A DNA stretch of 64,000 nt from NCBI RefSeq assembly GCF_030028105.1, contig NC_092374.1, forward strand, positions 90,176,491 through 90,240,490. The letters run 5' to 3'. Shown in pieces: positions 59,401-64,000 of the stretch. This DNA comes from Mobula birostris (taxonomy: Eukaryota). Both the position numbers and the translations under genes were made by a program. How positions within the stretch are numbered: the stretch's first letter is position 1; every line of letters begins with the position of its first letter. Under the pieces are notes generated by a model. That model did not search any database and was not told the origin of the DNA. It saw only the letters and a program-made list of their open reading frames with translations.

Positions 59401-62262
59401 TGCTTCACCAGGAACTCACGGCTACCGGTCAGTGCTGAGGGAAAAGGGAGCAAACGATCATTCGGGAACCTCCTATCACATTTCATTTGGCAGAAAATCA
59501 TCCCATAATACTCTCAGCAACAGACAAGTCCCTGCGCTCTGATTAATAAGCTAACCTCTGGACTAAATCCTTCCCCTTCCAAATCCATCAAATGCTTACT
59601 GAAAACAAGTCCCCATTCCTAACCGCTAGCATCGTCCTCTCTCCAAGCCTGTGACCACCAATCGGGAATTAGGCAAATCAGACATCAACCCCTGAGCCCC
59701 GAGATTACATGTCAGCATCAAATTCACTTTTGGGGTCCTGCCATTCTCAACAAAGACCGTTTAAACTCTTGAATTAGATCACAACGTGTAACACGTAGAT
59801 GGGAATTTGTTATCTATATATAGTCCCGAAGTCCAAACAACCTGTCACAGCCTGAAACTCTCTCTGGGCATATATTTCTAAATATAAAACCTCTGAACCC
59901 TTGATTGTAGTCCAGTCTGCAACCCACTCCCGGGCATCTGTGCATTGCTAGGCAAACAATCTGAACACCAGATTAGATTCTGGTCCATACCCAACTCATG
60001 GTTAGTTGTTATACTCTATATTAAACTCCCAGATTGTTTCAGAGATCACAGCGTCTAACTCACGTCTGGGAATCTGTATTTCACAACATAAGCTCAATGA
60101 ACCCCTGGATAAGATTCCACTCACTACTAACTCTCTGGGGTCTCTTGCAGAGAAACACCCGAACCCCTGGATTAGATCCCCGTCTGCATCTCACAGCTAA
60201 ATATCACTTAATCGATATATAAACCCACGGAGCGCCGAAGTTACACCCACTTCAGTAATTGAATCCCAGGGGTCTGTTATCCAACATAATTACATTATGC
60301 CCGCCCCGACTCCCCTCTCACCACGGGCTGTCAGGAATTGTTACGTGTGTGTTCGTGCCTGTGTGTGTCTGTGAGACTCCCGCAGTTTCATCTGCTTCGT
60401 CTGCCTGTCTAATTCCTTATTCGGCACAGAGACATGTACACTCCGTAAACCCGTAGCTTCCCCCATTTACCACTCGTTTTTCCCTCACCTGCAACACCCC
60501 AACCCCAGGCAACACCTCCAGCCGCAACAAACTCCACCATCTCTGAGACAGAGGAAGGGGTTCTCACCTTGAACCGACAGGACGGTCCCAGGACCTGTGT
60601 ACTCTTCCCCCAAGATCACCACACTGCAGAAGTACATGTTGCTGTCCAGTTCTCTGACCCCGTCTAAGCGGATGGAGCCCGTGTTGTCTCCAAGCGGCGA
60701 ACCCACGAACTTGATTCGGTCACTGAACACTTTGTGTGTGTAGTTATCCAGATACCTGAATATATCTGTCTTGTAGTGAATGCGAACTCTCCATCTGATG
60801 TCAATGTCTCGGAGTGAGGAGATTTCCGGGTGGGTAAAGGTGCAGGTGAGAGTGACGGACTCGTTCTCTACAGCCTCCACGTATTTCGGCTGCTCCACCC
60901 GGAAGCCACTTCCGCTGCTCCATGCTGAGGGAGAGGGAGGGAGCAAATGGTCATTTGGGAACCTCCACCCACATCTCACCCGGCGGATAATCAGCCCGTA
61001 ATTCTCTCAGCGCCAGGCAAATCCCTGCCCTCTGATTGACAGACCGAGCTCCAGAACAATTCTTTCTCCTCTCAAACCCGTTAAATCCAAATTGCAAAAG
61101 ACCCGCATTACCAACCACCAGCACCCTGACCCGGCGTGGAGAACTTCACTCACTGAATCTGTGAACTCACTCTCCCAGCTGCACACTCACTTTTAAGATC
61201 TCTTTACAAATCTAGTTGTCAGTAAAATTTCTGTTTGCAGAATTTGACTTGCTTTGCGCATTGGTTGACAGTTTTATGCTTATGTGCCGATTATCATAAA
61301 TTCCATTGTATTACATTATTACATTATTGTCCTGAAATTCTGAAATATCGTGACATTTACCTACATCGATAGTAAATTTTACGATTCCCTTTCACACTCC
61401 GAGCCTAAGATCACCAATGGGGAATCAGGCAACACAGCTTTAAACTCCTGGGCCCGGGGATTAGATTTCAGAATCTACACATTTCGGGAATGTTATTGAC
61501 CATATAAACGCATTTAACCCTTGCAATACTATGTGTGTGTGCTCCTGCGTGTGTAGATTCCAGCCTGGCACTAACCCTTCGGATCTGTTATTCACTGTAT
61601 AAACACCGCAGACCCTCGCATGAGATTCCAGCCTGGAACTAACCCCTGAGGATCTGTCATTCGTTGTATAAACACATTAAAACCTTTTACTGGATTCCAA
61701 CCTGTAACTATCCCCGGGAATCGGTTATGGACTAAAACCCGGATCTCGCACTGTCGCCCTTCGAGCTCTCTCTGCCCGTTCTGTTCTTGCCCACTCTCCG
61801 ATCAGCTATACAAGCCGCAACGAATGGTCTCTCTCCAAAAAAAGAAATCCTCCGCTTCAGCAATCCTCCACCTATAACCCCGACTTTAGCAACAGGCCTT
61901 TCCCGGATCTTCTGTTCCTCATTTCAACTCTTCATACCCGTTAGCGGGTGGGAAGCACTTCGGGCTGTTCCTAATCTCCTGTGAGGGTGCAAGTCAAATG
62001 CAGGCATTTGTTCCTCCAGCCGGGGAAGGCATCACACGGACTAACTCTCTCTCTCTCTGAATTAGAGAGGCGGGACAGGAGGGAGGCCTCTCGAAACGGT
62101 GCCGAGGTTTCTGCACCGGAGAGAGTATTCTGGAGGGCGTGTTAGGAGGGGTTGGCTGATGAGAGGAGGGTTGAGGAATGGGGATAGAGGAGGTACATGA
62201 TGAAAGTGAGTCTACTCACCCACTATCAACTGTACCAACACAAGACAGAGCGAAACGTCCAT
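29314..62262 (-). CDS. Spliced gene for a PILR-alpha/Siglec-15-like type I membrane inhibitory receptor (leader-V1-V2-[V3 frameshifted]-TM-cytoplasmic tail with ITIMs), about 384 aa if V3 is skipped
   Basis: Exons 62220-62262, 60568-60924, 59060-59434, 55273-55392, 52637-52664, 42849-42895, 36337-36389 and 29314-29445 all have AG/GT boundaries. Their phases (1,1,1,1,2,1,0) join into one open frame: 43+357+375+120+28+47+53+132=1155 nt. The product has a signal peptide, V-set C..W..YxC motifs, a hydrophobic TM followed by KRKRS, and IIYSVV/CLYVDV motifs. Family assignment is from remembered PILRA/SIGLEC15 motifs, not a search. Confidence 0.8.
30270..31330 (-). mobile_element. CR1 RT fragments
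   Basis: ORF 30392-30826 encodes [33 protein letters not shown]. Confidence 0.8.
31380..31920 (-). mobile_element. Penelope-like element fragment (GIY-YIG endonuclease region). A related fragment lies at about 41800-42630(-)
   Basis: ORF 31475-31684 encodes [23 protein letters not shown], matching the FTC.S..VVY.I.C..C...YIGET pattern of Penelope-like endonucleases. Confidence 0.65.
33330..33760 (-). mobile_element. CR1 3' fragment
   Basis: Encodes RAFGALAFI...[17 protein letters not shown]...[15 protein letters not shown]. Confidence 0.8.
33888..35037 (+). mobile_element. 5'-truncated CR1, same subfamily as 15352-19180
   Basis: Encodes [19 protein letters not shown]...FADDTK; tail ttttatgtttcta. 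Confidence 0.9.
35607..36140. mobile_element. Fold-back pair of Penelope-derived termini. A similar pair lies at about 53685-54350; single termini at about 8040-8260, 26270-26380, 35130-35295, 43055-43180, 44300-44500, 55740-56110 and 57130-57360
   Basis: gaggaactca(g/a)c..gtcaggcagc on the plus strand at the left end and its reverse complement at the right end; each half carries a degenerate cagtcCTGATGAaggg...GAAAcgtc motif. Confidence 0.6.
36337..36389 (-). CDS. Cytoplasmic exon (53 nt, [18 protein letters not shown])
   Basis: Acceptor tttctgtgactatatttcag, donor GAG|GTAAGA; phase 1 to 0; contains a YDxP motif. Confidence 0.75.
38620..39830 (+). mobile_element. Old, degenerate Rex1/Babar LINE
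   Basis: Encodes LDPLQF.Y, FIDFS..F.TIIP.KL and [13 protein letters not shown]. Confidence 0.7.
39865..41025 (-). mobile_element. 5'-truncated Rex1/Babar LINE (part of the inverted duplicate block)
   Basis: ORF 40698-41021 has the same 5' truncation point as the copy at 24141. Confidence 0.88.
42849..42895 (-). CDS. Cytoplasmic exon (47 nt, [15 protein letters not shown])
   Basis: Acceptor ttctttcactttttcacag, donor AAG|GTACAG; phase 2 to 1; lies in unique, non-repeat sequence. Confidence 0.7.
42951..43879 (+). mobile_element. Non-autonomous Tc1 derivative with internal insertions
   Basis: TIRs (ca/ta)(c/t)tcagtggcca.tt.attaggtac...gtacctaataaaatgaccactgagtg flanked by TA; remnant transposase N-terminus [10 protein letters not shown]...ISETAD. 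Confidence 0.8.
45235..46225 (+). mobile_element. 5'-truncated Rex1/Babar LINE
   Basis: Encodes [23 protein letters not shown]...[12 protein letters not shown]; tail aaacctgattccgattctga. Confidence 0.85.
47790..51718 (+). mobile_element. Old near full-length CR1 containing a (GGGGA)n tract (49211-49277) and a SINE insertion (about 51180-51408, minus)
   Basis: ORF1 esterase (catgtaggtaccaatga), APE and RT remnants ([19 protein letters not shown]); CR1 tail at 51690-51718. Confidence 0.82.
52037..52580 (-). mobile_element. Non-autonomous Tc1 derivative. Another fragment lies at about 56400-56805(-)
   Basis: TA|cactctgtggccactttgttaggtac...cctaatacagaggccactgagtg TIRs; antisense transposase remnant. 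Confidence 0.78.
52637..52664 (-). CDS. Cytoplasmic mini-exon (28 nt, [10 protein letters not shown])
   Basis: Very strong acceptor ttctcttccttgtctgtctctccacag and donor CC|GTGAGT; phase 1 to 2 matches both neighbouring exons. Confidence 0.7.
55273..55392 (-). CDS. Transmembrane exon
   Basis: Acceptor atcttcacag|CC, donor AGTG|GTGAGT, 120 nt, phase 1-1. Encodes [40 protein letters not shown]; no charged residue in the TM. Confidence 0.9.
58025..58386 (-). pseudogene. V3, duplicate of the V2 exon with a 13-nt frameshifting deletion (pseudo-exon or poison exon)
   Basis: About 90% identical to V2 with intact AG/GT sites but 362 nt rather than 375 nt. The deletion near 58125 replaces LHRLKG, and the shifted frame stops at 58094 before the F-strand Cys. 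Confidence 0.85.
59060..59434 (-). CDS. Exon 3, Ig V-set domain V2 (PILR-like, F-strand Arg present)
   Basis: Acceptor ttttccctcag|CA, donor AGAG|GTGAGT, 375 nt, phase 1-1. Encodes [11 protein letters not shown]...WRVGGFHG...YVCRV...[13 protein letters not shown]. Confidence 0.9.
60568..60924 (-). CDS. Exon 2, Ig V-set domain V1
   Basis: Acceptor ccctccctctccctcag|CA, donor CAAG|GTGAGA, 357 nt, phase 1-1. Encodes [10 protein letters not shown]...IRWRV...GSIRL..V...DSNMYFCSV...GPGTVLSVQ; N-glycosylation sequons NES and NYT. Confidence 0.9.
62220..62262 (-). CDS. Exon 1, signal peptide ([14 protein letters not shown])
   Basis: GCGCCATGG Kozak context with an in-frame TGA 9 nt upstream; hydrophobic run; phase-1 donor G|GTGAGT. 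Confidence 0.85.
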
Positions 62263-62280
62263 GGCGCCTCACCCACCAAA

Positions 62281-62560
62281 ACTTCCTCTCTGGACCTGAT
62301 CGCGTCCGGAGTTAACTCTGACTATGACTCACGACTGCCCTGTCACTGAATCAATGCTTCTGCTTTCTTCAGTCCCCCGACTCCGCCTCCAGCTCTTGGG
62401 TTCCATCACCCCTCGGGACATTTCCCTTGCTCCTGCCCCACCCGCCGCTCTCTACACTTGGGTCGGCTTGTGCGGCCAAAGTGGGGAGTGAGGTGAATCC
62501 TCCTGTACTGAGGTTGAGTTCGGGATGCGAGAGTCAGTGAAGCGGGAAAGCAGCACCACA
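62281..62560 (-). promoter_or_regulatory. Putative TATA-less promoter motifs: ETS/PU.1-type GAGGAAGT (62281-62288), AP-1 TGACTCA (62325-62331), RUNX TGTGGT (62555-62560)
   Basis: Exact consensus matches in unique sequence within 300 bp upstream of the ATG. Short motifs also occur by chance. Confidence 0.35.
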
Positions 62561-63264
62561 AACGAGTGAGGCGCAGGTTGGAGCAGGAGGCGGGAGTTCT
62601 GATAAATGTTGTGTCTCCACGCGTATTGCATAGTTCAGAAGTTCTGAAGCCCGAAAGAGACACTTTTTGCAAATTATTGGGAGGAAATTGATTAGTTAGT
62701 TAGTTGATTGACAGCAGCCAGAAACAGAAGTTAGGAGCCTGCAAACAGCCATTGATTCTTGCCAAACAATCGCTTAACATTAGAATATAAATGTAGAGGT
62801 GCCTTTGCGTGACAGGGAGATAAAATCCAGAATTAAAAAGTCTATTTATCACCGTGGCAACTAAATTGGGAAAAAGAAAACGAAGGATGGCATTTATATA
62901 AAAATCGGAGGATGGCGGGAACTTAAATAGGAGATCGGTATAAAATGACCTAAGAAGTTATACTGACACGTTTATGTATTGGACATACTCTTAAATAGTT
63001 TCTTTATTGAGTTACAGCCTGGAATGCACCATTCCAGTCCTTCGAGACGCGCCACTCAACAGCCCCTGATTGAATCCTAGACGAATCACGGGACAATCCA
63101 GCAACCCGTACATCTTCGAACTGTGGGAACACCCAGAGGGAACCCTTCTGGGTCACGGGGGTGAACGTCGAAGCTAAATACGGACATCGACGTCAGCATC
63201 ATGCGTGCTAATTCTGTTCAGAAACCATAATGGGAATCATAGGCCTCCAAGTGCTGTCCAAGAT

Positions 63265-64000
63265 GAACCTGAGGTGAGGCACACCACTGGTCATCAACTT
63301 CCGTGCAGTATATGACCCGTCTACAGCTACTCTTTGCCTTCTGTGGGCAAGCCAATTCTGGATCCACAAAGCAAGGACCCTTGGATCCCATGCCGACTTA
63401 CTTTCTCAATAAGCCTTGCATGGAGTACCTTATCAAATGCCTTGCTGAAATCTACATATATTACATCTACAGCTCTACCTCCATCAATATATCTAGTCAC
63501 ATCCTCAAAAAATTCAATCAGGCTCGTAAGGCACGACCCACCTTTGACAAAGCCATGCTGTCTATTCCTAATCACATTATGCCTCTCCAAATGTTCATAA
63601 ATCCTGTCTTTCAGGATCTTCTCCATCAACTCACCAACCACTGAAGTAAGACTCTCTGGTCTATAATTTCGTAGGCTATCTCCACTCCCTTTCTTGAATA
63701 AAATAACAACATCTGCAACCCTCCAATCATCCAGAACTTCTCCTGTCCCCATTGATGATGCAAAGATAATTGCCAGAGGCTCAGCAATCTCCTCCCTCAC
63801 CTTCTACAGTAGCCTGGGGTACATCTCGTCTGGTCCCAGTGACTTATCCAACTAGGTACTTTCCAAAAGCTCCAGCACATCCTTTTTCTTAATGTCTATA
63901 TGTTCAAGCTTTTTAGTTCACTATAAGTCATCCCTACAATTGCCAAGGTCGTTTTCTGTAGTGAATACTGAAGCAAAGTATTTATTAAGTACCTCTGCTA
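63265..64000 (-). mobile_element. CR1 RT fragment continuing beyond the window
   Basis: ORF 63327-63800 encodes NYRPESLTSVVG...QHGFVKG.SCLTSLIEFF...DFSKAFDKV. Confidence 0.9.

Noticed and set aside
58025-60924. V exons as rearranging Ig/TCR/IgNAR V segments
   Set aside because: Each exon already includes the G strand and ends in a splice donor; no heptamer-nonamer RSS follows.

Overview
Repeat-dense vertebrate genomic DNA, very probably from a cartilaginous fish (inference from the repeat content: HE1-like V-SINEs, HER1-like CR1 LINEs, Rex1/Babar LINEs, Penelope-derived termini, Tc1 derivatives). Most six-frame ORFs are retroelement debris. One host gene can be assembled by hand on the minus strand (62262 to 29314). 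It has a leader exon, three tandem Ig V-set exons (the third carries a 13-nt frameshifting deletion), an uncharged transmembrane exon, three small cytoplasmic exons and a terminal exon with tandem ITIM-type motifs. All junctions are GT-AG and the phases join into one 1155-nt frame (384 aa) when V3 is skipped. The V domains resemble my recollection of PILR and Siglec-15 sequences, so this looks like a multi-V-domain PILR-alpha-like inhibitory receptor. Other points of interest: a HERO-type RLE retrotransposon joined head-to-tail to a second truncated copy (template-jump signature), a 1.4-kb inverted segmental duplication bracketing the ITIM exons, an inverted repeat bracketing a 28-nt exon, hammerhead-ribozyme-like remnants in Penelope termini, a solo LTR with TSD, and an L1 nested in an R4/Dong-like element. 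All calls are by eye with no database search, and repeat boundaries are approximate unless a TSD or splice site is quoted.
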